Assembly (NCBI GenBank): GCA_964494385.1
Contig: CAZBSE010000003.1
Location: 7,849-71,848 of the forward strand
From: an uncultured Actinomycetota bacterium
Lineage (GTDB): Bacteria; Actinomycetota; Humimicrobiia; Humimicrobiales; Humimicrobiaceae
Length of the DNA stretch: 64,000 nt
Direction of reading: 5' to 3'
In this document: positions 9,856 through 18,022 of the stretch, one piece after another
Numbering within the stretch: the stretch's first letter is position 1
How the letters are laid out: each line of letters opens with the position of its first letter
Notes under the pieces: model-generated
What the model saw: only the letters and a program-made list of their open reading frames with translations
Database searches by the model: none
What the model was told of the DNA's origin: nothing
Made by a program: the position numbers and the translations under genes

Positions 9856-10058
9856 TTCTACCTCTTTTAAGATAATTGAAATATAAATATATTCTATTAT
9901 ATATAGTATTTAATTAAAATAGCCAGTAGAAGTCATAAGAGCTGTTCGAAATGTTAATAAAAGCAGAAAAGGTTCTGATAGGTGAGGTTTTGGAGAACAG
10001 CAAATGTTAAAAGAAGAGCTCAAGCCTGTTTAAAACTTAAAAAAAACGGGAATAAATA

Positions 10059-10088
10059 AAAAAACCGCCGGTTTTGAACCGTTTTTTT
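10059..10088. terminator. weak bidirectional hairpin (CGGTT-TTG-AACCG) flanked by A6 and T7, in the dnaA-dnaN spacer
   Basis: aaaaaaccgCCGGTTttgAACCGttttttt. It has a short stem and low stability. Confidence 0.3.
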
Positions 10089-10155
10089 GGGAGAGTGTTG
10101 AAAACTGTTGGAAGAAATCAACAAGGTTTAAACAAAAAGGGGCTTATCTATGTTA

Positions 10156-11520
10156 TTAGGAGGACATTTTTATTTTGTTTGTAATTTCCTGGATCTGAGC
10201 GTACACGGTCCTGTCTTTATTAATAAGATCGGCTATTTTAGAAACAGCATAAATAACGGTAGAATGATCTCTGTTGCCGAAAGACTTGCCAATTCTGGGG
10301 AGAGAGCTGCCGGTAAGTTCCCTGGAGAGATACATCGACAGCTGGCGGGCGTGAGATATGAATTTGTTCCGCTTGGGACTCATGATATCGTTAATTGAAA
10401 TTGAAAAATATTTTGACACTTCTTTAATTATTGTTTGTATACTTATCTTATGTTCCTTGTCGTCAGGCAGTATATCTTTAAGAATATTAACAGCCATTTC
10501 CAGATCCGGTTTTGATTTAGTTAGCGATGCAAAGGCGACAACCCTGGTAAGCGCGCCTTCAAGCTCCCTGATGTTTTTAGTTATTTTTTCTGCTATAAGG
10601 TTCAGTACTTCATCGGATACGGTTAAATCTTCTCTTTCGGAATATTTCCTTAATATCGCTATTCTGGTTTCGAGGTTAGGCGGTTTTATATCGATTACCA
10701 GACCCCATTCGAACCGGGACCTTAACCTTTCTTCAAGAGTTGATATATTTTTTGGAAGCCTGTCGCTGGAAAGGACAATCTGCCGGTTGGTATCGTGAAG
10801 AGTGTTAAATGTATGAAAAAATTCTTCCTGGCTGGCCTCTTTATCCTCGAGAAAGTGTATGTCGTCCACCAGCAATACATCATTATTCCTATAGCTCTCC
10901 TTAAAAGCATAAATGTTTTTATACCTTAAAGAATTTATAAAATCGTTTAGAAATTTTTCGGCAGAAACATATTTTACGGTCATATTGGGATGAAGCTGCA
11001 GCGTATATTGCCCGATGGCGTGCAGCAGGTGTGTTTTACCCAGGCCCACTCCACCATAGATAAATAAAGGATTGTAAGCTTTCCCCGGCTTCTCGCTGAC
11101 AGCCATCGAAATAGCACGGGCAAAACGGTTTCCATTACCGACCACGAAGGTATCAAACGTATATTTTTTATTGAACACGGAGTTTGTATTTTTTTTATAG
11201 GCATACAACCCTGCACCTTCAGCGGTTTCGTCAACATAATCACCGTAAGGCTCAGAGGCATCTTCGGTATTATCGGGAGAGGTTATAATTTTTATTTTGT
11301 ATTTGCTGTTGGTAGCCTTTTTTATTGATTCAGATAGTAGTTTTGAGTATCTTGATTCAAGCCATTCTCTGGCAAAGTTACTGCCCACCGAAAGGGTTAA
11401 GCAGTTTTTTTTTAGAGATAAAGGAGTTATGTGTTCAAACCAGGCCTTATAGGTGGGAAGATTAATTTTATCCTTTATGTCATCAAGGGTGATTTTCCAG
11501 ATATTTTCAAGGTCTGCCAT
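10156..11520 (-). CDS. dnaA: chromosomal replication initiator protein DnaA
   Basis: It carries the AAA+ Walker A motif GGVGLGKTHLLHAIG and the domain IV DNA-binding signature at the C-terminus. Confidence 0.95.
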   Translation of the reverse strand: MADLENIWKITLDDIKDKINLPTYKAWFEHITPLSLKKNCLTLSVGSNFAREWLESRYSKLLSESIKKATNSKYKIKIITSPDNTEDASEPYGDYVDETAEGAGLYAYKKNTNSVFNKKYTFDTFVVGNGNRFARAISMAVSEKPGKAYNPLFIYGGVGLGKTHLLHAIGQYTLQLHPNMTVKYVSAEKFLNDFINSLRYKNIYAFKESYRNNDVLLVDDIHFLEDKEASQEEFFHTFNTLHDTNRQIVLSSDRLPKNISTLEERLRSRFEWGLVIDIKPPNLETRIAILRKYSEREDLTVSDEVLNLIAEKITKNIRELEGALTRVVAFASLTKSKPDLEMAVNILKDILPDDKEHKISIQTIIKEVSKYFSISINDIMSPKRNKFISHARQLSMYLSRELTGSSLPRIGKSFGNRDHSTVIYAVSKIADLINKDRTVYAQIQEITNKIKMSS

Positions 11521-11532
11521 AATACTCTAATA

Positions 11533-12378
11533 TTAAATATTATTTGAATAATATTCAAGGTATTTTATGCCTTTTTTGGATAATTTTCTTTTACCATTTT
11601 TACTTGGCGTTAAAAATTTAGTTTTTTCCAGATGTATCAGTTCCCTGTACGAAGTTGAGAGGCTAAAGCCTAATTCCTTGGCTATTGTAGAAGGACCGGC
11701 TTCTTCAAGTTCCAGAATTATAAAAAGAATTTTTTTATGCCTTTCGGAAAGAACTTTATAATCGGGCTTATCGAAGCTTTCTGCCGGTGGTTTTGCATCG
11801 GTATCGGCTGCTATCCCGGCGGTTGTTTCACTGCTCGTGTCCGACAGCTTCTGGCTCCTGAACGCTGATTCTAATTTTAGGGATATTACTGTTCCCTTTT
11901 TTATATTATCACTGACATCTATGGATCCTCCGGAAAAGGTGATTGTTTCTTTCACTATGGGAAAGCCGGAGCCTACCCCCCTTATATATTCTTTCATTTT
12001 TTTAGTAGCAGAAGTATATCCGGGAAGAAAGGCTTTATCCTTATCTTCAATCCCCGGACCCTGATCCGATATTATTATATGATTTCCTTTGTCCAGTAGG
12101 GTAATTACGACTTCTCTGAAATCCGCATGTATTAAGTTTTCTATTATTTCTTTTATTATAGTATAGGGAATCTTTCCGCCGATTTCATGGGATAGGCTGT
12201 AGGTTCTCTGAGACGTTTGGTCGATAAAGTTGTTAATGTCGTTAAAGCTAAGGTTAATAATTCTTGGAATACTCCTCATGTTATCATAGACAGCGATCCT
12301 GACCGGTATGTCTGGTTTATCGCGTTCGGGATTATCTGTGGAAGCGATGTCTTTTAAAATGTTATTTGGCTCGGGCAT
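11533..12378 (-). CDS. GHKL/HATPase_c-type ATP-binding domain protein with C-terminal winged-helix DNA-binding domain
   Basis: N-box and G1/G2-box motifs are present (ENLIHADFREV...DQGPGIEDKDKAF...GVGSGFPIV), with a C-terminal wHTH (KILFIILELEEAGPSTIAKELGFSLSTSYRELIHLEK). It lies 12 bp upstream of dnaA on the same strand. Confidence 0.5.
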   Translation of the reverse strand: MPEPNNILKDIASTDNPERDKPDIPVRIAVYDNMRSIPRIINLSFNDINNFIDQTSQRTYSLSHEIGGKIPYTIIKEIIENLIHADFREVVITLLDKGNHIIISDQGPGIEDKDKAFLPGYTSATKKMKEYIRGVGSGFPIVKETITFSGGSIDVSDNIKKGTVISLKLESAFRSQKLSDTSSETTAGIAADTDAKPPAESFDKPDYKVLSERHKKILFIILELEEAGPSTIAKELGFSLSTSYRELIHLEKTKFLTPSKNGKRKLSKKGIKYLEYYSNNI

Positions 12379-12856
12379 GATAAGTAAAGACTATGTTTCA
12401 ATTGTTTACCGCCGGACATATATGAATCCGGTAAACGCTTTTCATTTTCTTTCCAATGCTTTTAAGTTTTCAACAGACTAATAATAATATCTTAGATGAA
12501 AAAAAGCTACTAAATTATATAGTGGGCTGTATAAGTTATGAACATTTGGCATACAATACAGTGGTATTTTTTAAGTTTTCAACAATTTTTTCAACACATG
12601 TGGAAAAACCACAGAAGGTTATGGAAGCCCTTTAAAAAATCACACCATAAAGAATGAAATATCAATATTTTTTTTCAGAAGATATTTTCACAAGAACACA
12701 TGTTTGAAAGTATTAAAATCTAAGACTTTGATAAGGTGCCTTAAAATTAAACTTAATGGTGCTTAAGTGCAAATGCGGGCAACCTTGATATTAGTAAGAT
12801 TAAAATGTATAATCTACTACTTAATTGAGAACAATAACCTAAAAGATAGGCATAAA
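12379..12856. other. candidate oriC region. It is the divergent intergenic space between the rpmH side and the dnaA side and contains repeated DnaA-box-like 9-mers TTTTCAACA (3 copies), TGTGGAAAA and AT-rich tracts.
   Basis: Gene strands switch here. TTTTCAACA occurs at about 12467, 12573 and 12584 and differs from the R-box TTATCCACA at 2 positions. TGTGGAAAAACCACA forms an inverted half-box pair at about 12598. The reverse-complement TGTTGAAAA also occurs in the dnaA-dnaN spacer at about 10096. Confidence 0.45.
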
Positions 12857-12991
12857 ATGAAGAGGACTTTTCAGCCAAACGTTAGAAAAAGAAAAAAAAA
12901 CCATGGTTTTAGAGAAAGAATGAAAACAAAAGCAGGAAGGGCCATAATTGCAAACAGAAGGAAAAAGCAAAGAAAGAAGCTCACTGCTTAA
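12857..12991 (+). CDS. rpmH: 50S ribosomal protein L34
   Basis: [44 protein letters not shown] has the canonical L34 sequence. The track ORF begins upstream, but the ATG at 12857 is the conserved start. Confidence 0.9.
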   Translation: MKRTFQPNVRKRKKNHGFRERMKTKAGRAIIANRRKKQRKKLTA

Positions 12992-13006
12992 GAGGCTAAA
13001 GGAAAG

Positions 13007-13348
13007 ATTGAAATCGAATTTGGAACACTAAAAAGAAGAAGCGATTTTAATAGAGTTATAAAAGAAGGAATATATAAAAAAGATAAATATTTAATAATAT
13101 ATGTACTTAAAAAAAAAGAAGGCAGTGCCTCGGTAAGAGTGGGTTTTGGAGTAAGCAAAAAAATAGGGGGAGCCGTTTTAAGAAATAGAGTAAGAAGAGT
13201 TTTAAAAGAAGTTTTAAGAAAAATTTGTATAAAAATTCCCGGGAGTCTGGATATCTTTCTTATTGCGAGAAAGGGAATTACAGAAGCAGGGTTATGGGAA
13301 ATAAAAAATCAGCTAGAAAACAGTTTAAATTCAGTCCTCTCTAATTAG
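13007..13348 (+). CDS. rnpA: ribonuclease P protein component. The start codon is uncertain because there is no in-frame ATG, GTG or TTG upstream of the conserved N-terminal region.
   Basis: The in-frame translation directly after the rpmH stop gives ...LKRRSDFNRVIKEGIYKKDKYLIIYVLKKKEGSASVRVGFGVSKKIGGAVLRNRVRR, which contains the RNR motif. The only canonical start is the GTG at 13139, and starting there would remove the conserved N-terminus. Confidence 0.7.
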   Translation: MEIEFGTLKRRSDFNRVIKEGIYKKDKYLIIYVLKKKEGSASVRVGFGVSKKIGGAVLRNRVRRVLKEVLRKICIKIPGSLDIFLIARKGITEAGLWEIKNQLENSLNSVLSN

Positions 13349-13373
13349 CTAATTAAACAATTATTTTTTTATT

Positions 13374-13583
13374 GTGAGTAAGATATTAATATTTTTGATA
13401 AAAGTTTATAAAAAGTTTATTTCACCTTTACTGCCAAAGAGCTGCAGGTTTTATCCTACATGTTCTGAATATGCAATAGAAGCCATATATAAATATGGCG
13501 TATTAAAAGGTAGTATTAAATCTATATATAGGATATTGAGGTGCAATCCGTTTAATAAAGGCGGCTATGACCCTGTAAATTAA
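13374..13583 (+). CDS. yidD: membrane protein insertion efficiency factor YidD
   Basis: The 69-aa protein carries [20 protein letters not shown], matching the conserved YidD core. Confidence 0.85.
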   Translation: MSKILIFLIKVYKKFISPLLPKSCRFYPTCSEYAIEAIYKYGVLKGSIKSIYRILRCNPFNKGGYDPVN

Positions 13584-13604
13584 TCGCACAGGAGGTTATA
13601 AATA

Positions 13605-14462
13605 TTGAGTCAAATACTTGCGCTGTTGAGACCCATTCAGAATGTATTGGAATACATAGTAATATTTCTATACAAAAATGTCATTGCAAACTACGCGATA
13701 GTAATAATACTTCTGACAATAATTGTGAGAATAGTATTAGTTCCGCTTACTATAACGCAGACTAAATCCATGGCCAAAATGCAGAAACTGCAGCCGCAGC
13801 TAAAGGAACTGCAAAAAAAACACAAGGACGATAAGCAGAAACTGCAGGAAGAAATGATGAAGTTCTACAAGGAAAACAAGGTCAATCCCCTTGCCGGCTG
13901 TCTGCCGCTGATTTTTCAAATGCCTGTGTTTTTTGCATTGTTTCAGGCACTGAGAAATCCTTCCGAAATTGTAACAAATGTTCTGGGAAGTTTCACAATA
14001 GATGGCGTCGCCAACGGTATAAGAACAGGACTGATGGGATTTTTAACTAAAGGAGATTTTGTCATAAGCGGTGCCGCCAATCCTAATTATAATTTTCTTT
14101 GGTTAAATTTAAACCAAAAGGATCCCTATTATATACTGGTTATAATTATGGTTGCAACAATGTTCTTGTCCATGAAGATGACAACGACTGATCCAAGACA
14201 GTCAAAAATCATGTACGTAATGCCCCTGGTGTTTGGTTTTATATCCTTTCAATTTCCTTCAGGGATCCTGGTGTACTGGGTAACCACGAATGTATGGTCC
14301 ATAGGGCAGCAGTGGATTGTGAATAAAATTGTTAAAAAGGATAAAATAAAGGAAGAACTGGTTCAAAAGGGCAAGACGATTGATGGAGAAATAGAATTAG
14401 ATGAGGAAGAAAAAAGAATAATCAGGAAGAAAATAAAGAAAAAAAGAAAAAAGAAGAGGTAA
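13605..14462 (+). CDS. yidC: membrane protein insertase YidC/Oxa1 (short Gram-positive type), TTG start
   Basis: It has multiple TM helices and a basic C-terminal tail (KKIKKKRKKKR). It occupies the expected position after yidD. The GGAGG RBS lies 9 nt before the TTG. Confidence 0.85.
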   Translation: MSQILALLRPIQNVLEYIVIFLYKNVIANYAIVIILLTIIVRIVLVPLTITQTKSMAKMQKLQPQLKELQKKHKDDKQKLQEEMMKFYKENKVNPLAGCLPLIFQMPVFFALFQALRNPSEIVTNVLGSFTIDGVANGIRTGLMGFLTKGDFVISGAANPNYNFLWLNLNQKDPYYILVIIMVATMFLSMKMTTTDPRQSKIMYVMPLVFGFISFQFPSGILVYWVTTNVWSIGQQWIVNKIVKKDKIKEELVQKGKTIDGEIELDEEEKRIIRKKIKKKRKKKR

Positions 14463-14489
14463 AACTTTCTATTCCTGGAGGTAGCGTCG

Positions 14490-15071
14490 ATGACTGAAGA
14501 TAAAGGCATCAAAGATGCCATAGATTCATATGTTAAATCACTTGAAAAAGAACAAAAGAGTGAAAAGCTGGCGGAAGAGCACGCGGAAGAGAACGAAAGC
14601 ATTAATCTGGAAGCAGGCGGCTTAGAAAAGATAAAAGGGATTTTAAAGAAATCAATAGAGCTTATATGTCTGGGGGAGAAAGTTAAAATCAATACAAACT
14701 CAGAGGAAATGATGTTATCAGTGCAAGGAAGAGATTTAGGAATTGCTATCGGCAGGGAAGGAAGAAATATGCAGGCACTGGAGTATATTATTAATCAGAT
14801 CAGCCGAAGAAGAAGGTGGAGTGAAAAAAAAGTAACAATAGACATAAAGGACTACAGAAAAAAGAGAATTGAAAAGATAAAGAAAATAGCGGCATCTATG
14901 GCAAAAAAAGCGATTAATGAAGGAAGAAAAATAGCATTGAGGCCGATGTGTTCATATGAAAGAAAAATAATACACAATATGCTGGCAAAATTTAATGATG
15001 TAACCACAAGAAGCAGTTACGAAGAACCAAACAGACGGATAATCATCTATCCCGTAAAAGACAGTAAATAA
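14490..15071 (+). CDS. jag: RNA-binding protein Jag/KhpB (KH + R3H domains)
   Basis: It sits in the conserved position between yidC and mnmE. The C-terminal R3H-like region reads ERKIIHNMLAKFNDVTTRSSYEEPNRRIIIY. Confidence 0.8.
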   Translation: MTEDKGIKDAIDSYVKSLEKEQKSEKLAEEHAEENESINLEAGGLEKIKGILKKSIELICLGEKVKINTNSEEMMLSVQGRDLGIAIGREGRNMQALEYIINQISRRRRWSEKKVTIDIKDYRKKRIEKIKKIAASMAKKAINEGRKIALRPMCSYERKIIHNMLAKFNDVTTRSSYEEPNRRIIIYPVKDSK

Positions 15072-15101
15072 TTTAAAATTAAAGAAATAAATAAAAGGGA
15101 A

Positions 15102-15128
15102 AATAGCACAAAGGTGCTATTTTTTTTA
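15102..15128 (+). terminator. rho-independent terminator after jag. The stem AATAGCAC / GTGCTATT closes a 4-nt loop and is followed by a T8 run.
   Basis: aaatagcacaaaggtgctattttttttatc. Confidence 0.6.
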
Positions 15129-15208
15129 TCGAAATTTTGAATAAATACAGAATTAAAATATAATTAAAACAAGAAAAATTTCTAAATCCCCGGAGGAGTC
15201 AATTAAAA

Positions 15209-16597
15209 ATGTCAGAAGAATACGAAGATACCATAACAGCGATTGGGACCAGGGCAGGCGAAGCTGCTATAGGTATAGTCAAATTAAGCGGAGACAGATC
15301 GATCTTTATAGCGGATAAGTTATTCAAATCAAAAAATAAAAAAAGAATTAAGGATATGAATACATACAGCATGCTTTATGGACATGTGACTGACAGTAAA
15401 GGGAATATAATAGACGAAGTGGTGGTTACTCTTATGAGGAAACCAAAATCCTATACCAGGGAGGACGTTGTAGAAATAAATTGCCATGGCGGGATCATTG
15501 CTACAATAAAGGTAATGGAGCTGTGTATTGAAAATGGAGCAAGAATTGCTGAACCGGGAGAATTTACGAAAAAAGCATTTTTAAACGGTAGAATAGACCT
15601 TTCCCAGGCAGAGGCAGTAATTGATATGGTAAAATCAAAAACAGAACAGTATTTAAAAATTGCTGCTAAAAATTTATGCGGGAACATAAAAAAAGAAATA
15701 GAAAAGCTAAGGGGAATGGTGGAAGACGTAATGGTGCAGCTTGAGGCATCAATTGATTTTGTTGAAGAAGATCTGGAAATTACACCTTACAAAAAACTTG
15801 CAGAGAAAGTCAGTAAAATCAGAGCCGAAGTGGAGATATTAATTGAAGATGAAAAGCAGGGGGAAATTATAAAAAACGGTGTAAAGGCGGCAATAGTAGG
15901 GAAACCTAATGTTGGAAAATCAAGCCTGCTTAATTTACTCTCAAAAAAAGAAAAGGCAATAGTAACTTCCATACCGGGAACGACAAGAGATGCAGTAGAA
16001 GAGATCCTGTATATGGAGGGGATACCCCTGGTCCTTGTGGACACTGCAGGGATAAGAAAAGCAAAGAACACAATAGAAAAGCTGGGGGTGGCAAGGAGTT
16101 TGAAACATATAGACGAAGCAGAATTGATAATACTGGTTCTGGATGGAAATAGAAAAATTGATAAAAAAGATCTTGATATAATTAAAAAGATAAAAGGTAA
16201 AAAAACTATCTGCTGCATAAATAAAATATATCTTAAGCAAAAACTGGAGGCGGGGGCGGTCGATAAATATTTTGATAAAAAATTTATTGTAAGGATATCA
16301 GCATTAAAAGGAACCGGTATACGTAAATTAGAAGAAAAAGTGAAGATGTTAATAATGAACAGCAGCGGTATAAACCTGGAAGAAAAAATAATTGTTAACA
16401 GCAGGCATAAGATTATATTAAAAAGAGTGAAGGATGTTTTAAATAGTGCCGAAGAAGCGATGAGAGATGAGATGTCTGAAGAGTTTCCATCTTATGATTT
16501 GAAAACGGCCTATAGTTTAATGGGTGAAATAATAGGAGAGACAACAGGGAGCGATATTTTAGAAAAAATATTCAGCCGGTTCTGTATTGGTAAATAA
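15209..16597 (+). CDS. mnmE: tRNA modification GTPase MnmE
   Basis: The G-domain motif GKPNVGKSSLLN and the C-terminal CIGK motif are present. It is 462 aa long. Confidence 0.9.
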   Translation: MSEEYEDTITAIGTRAGEAAIGIVKLSGDRSIFIADKLFKSKNKKRIKDMNTYSMLYGHVTDSKGNIIDEVVVTLMRKPKSYTREDVVEINCHGGIIATIKVMELCIENGARIAEPGEFTKKAFLNGRIDLSQAEAVIDMVKSKTEQYLKIAAKNLCGNIKKEIEKLRGMVEDVMVQLEASIDFVEEDLEITPYKKLAEKVSKIRAEVEILIEDEKQGEIIKNGVKAAIVGKPNVGKSSLLNLLSKKEKAIVTSIPGTTRDAVEEILYMEGIPLVLVDTAGIRKAKNTIEKLGVARSLKHIDEAELIILVLDGNRKIDKKDLDIIKKIKGKKTICCINKIYLKQKLEAGAVDKYFDKKFIVRISALKGTGIRKLEEKVKMLIMNSSGINLEEKIIVNSRHKIILKRVKDVLNSAEEAMRDEMSEEFPSYDLKTAYSLMGEIIGETTGSDILEKIFSRFCIGK

Positions 16598-16638
16598 TTA
16601 ATGCCAAAAAACAATACCGCGGGAAGATTTGGCGAAAT

Positions 16639-16654
16639 GTTTCACGTGAAACAA
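16639..16654. promoter_or_regulatory. parS: parS centromere-like site (perfect 16-bp palindrome TGTTTCACGTGAAACA), 43 nt upstream of the mnmG paralog start
   Basis: This is an exact match to the Firmicutes-type parS consensus tGTTtCACGTGAAAca. The parA and parB genes lie 4 kb downstream. Confidence 0.8.
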
Positions 16655-16697
16655 AAAATAATTTAATCGGAATTAAAAATAAGGGCATTAAGAGAAA

Positions 16698-17987
16698 ATG
16701 AATTATAAGGTAATAGTTATAGGCGGAGGACATGCCGGGTGTGAGGCGGCACTGGCATCTGCAAGAAATGGAGTAAAAACTTTACTGATATCAATAAATA
16801 TGGACAGCATTGCCCTTATGCCCTTCGGCGGTACGATAGGCGGAACCGGGAAGGATAAAATAATAAGAGAGATAGATGCTCTGGGCGGTGAGATTTCAAA
16901 AAATACTGATAAGAATTATATAAATATAATAAACGTTCCGGGCAAAGGGGGACGCGCTTTAAAAACTATACAGGCAGTGGTGGACAGAAGAAGATATTTT
17001 TTATCGATGAAGAAAGTACTGGAAGATCAGGATAATTTAGATTTAAGGCAGGGTCTTGCAGTTAGGATAGAAAAGAAATTAAAAAAATTTTATCTATATA
17101 CCAGCGATGAAATAATTTATAGCTGCAGGGCTATTGTTCTATGTACCGGTACTTTTTTAAGAGGAAAAATTTTTTGGGGCAGGAGAATAATTGAGGCAGG
17201 AAGGCAGGGAGAAATATGTTCAAGAAGACTCTCAATAAGTATTGTAAAAATGGGAGTCAAATTAGACAGAATTAGAAGTTATGCCGCCCCATCGGTTGAT
17301 AGGAAAACAATTGATATAAATAGACTGTTAAAGCAGCCATCTGAAAGGTGCCCGGAGTTGTTTTCGCATGAAAGAAAGATTAATGGAAGGGAACAGTTAA
17401 ACAGCTATATAACATTTACTGACAGGAAATGCACCAAATATATTTTAAGAAGCATAAATAAAGCAGGAGATAGTAAAAGATATATATACTCAGAAAAAGG
17501 CGGAGATATAAATTCAATTGAGGGAAGAATTTTAGAAAATAAAAAGAATGAAAATTTTAAGGTTTGTATACAACCGCTGGGGCGGGATACAAATGAAATG
17601 TATTTGCAGGGACTCGAGACTGCATTGCCGGAAGAAGTTCAGATCGGTATGGTAAGAAGGATTAACGGCCTGGAAAATACGGAAATAACCAGACCCGGTT
17701 ATGGTGTTGAGTATAACTATTTAAAACCCTTCCAAATAAAAAATAATCTGGAAGGCAAAAACATAGAAGGGATCTTTTTTGCAGGGAACATAAACGGTAC
17801 GGGGAGCTATGAAGAAGCTGCAGCACAGGGAATTATTGCAGGCATAAATGCTGCCAGAAAATCACGGGGTCTTGGCAGCATGGTTATAGAGAAAAAGTAT
17901 GAATATATCGGTATGATAATAGAAGGTCTTGTTGACAGGGAAAATAATGGGTTAAAATCAAAAGACATTGTTTCACGTGAAACATAA
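16698..17987 (+). CDS. truncated MnmG (GidA) paralog. It has the FAD-binding and insertion domains only, lacks the C-terminal MnmE-interaction domain, and has degenerate active-site motifs.
   Basis: It aligns along its whole length with the N-terminal two-thirds of the downstream MnmG ([40 protein letters not shown]). In this copy CNPSIGG becomes FGGTIGG, so the Cys is lost, and GPRHCPSID is diverged. Homology stops about 14 codons before the stop, and the last codons are read from the parS palindrome. Confidence 0.7.
   Translation: MNYKVIVIGGGHAGCEAALASARNGVKTLLISINMDSIALMPFGGTIGGTGKDKIIREIDALGGEISKNTDKNYINIINVPGKGGRALKTIQAVVDRRRYFLSMKKVLEDQDNLDLRQGLAVRIEKKLKKFYLYTSDEIIYSCRAIVLCTGTFLRGKIFWGRRIIEAGRQGEICSRRLSISIVKMGVKLDRIRSYAAPSVDRKTIDINRLLKQPSERCPELFSHERKINGREQLNSYITFTDRKCTKYILRSINKAGDSKRYIYSEKGGDINSIEGRILENKKNENFKVCIQPLGRDTNEMYLQGLETALPEEVQIGMVRRINGLENTEITRPGYGVEYNYLKPFQIKNNLEGKNIEGIFFAGNINGTGSYEEAAAQGIIAGINAARKSRGLGSMVIEKKYEYIGMIIEGLVDRENNGLKSKDIVSRET
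17969..17984. promoter_or_regulatory. parS: parS site (second perfect copy of TGTTTCACGTGAAACA). It overlaps the last codons of the truncated mnmG paralog and lies 38 nt upstream of mnmG.
   Basis: Same 16-mer as at 16639. Confidence 0.8.
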
Positions 17988-18022
17988 AATGGAATATTGA
18001 GTAATTTAAGAAAGCGGAGATC

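Noticed and set aside
16698-17987. Interpretation of the 429-aa GidA-like protein as TrmFO (the small Gid-type folate-dependent tRNA methyltransferase).
   Set aside because: The sequence aligns block by block with the adjacent full-length MnmG, including MnmG-specific motifs ([17 protein letters not shown]). It does not carry TrmFO-specific features, so a truncated MnmG paralog is the better description.
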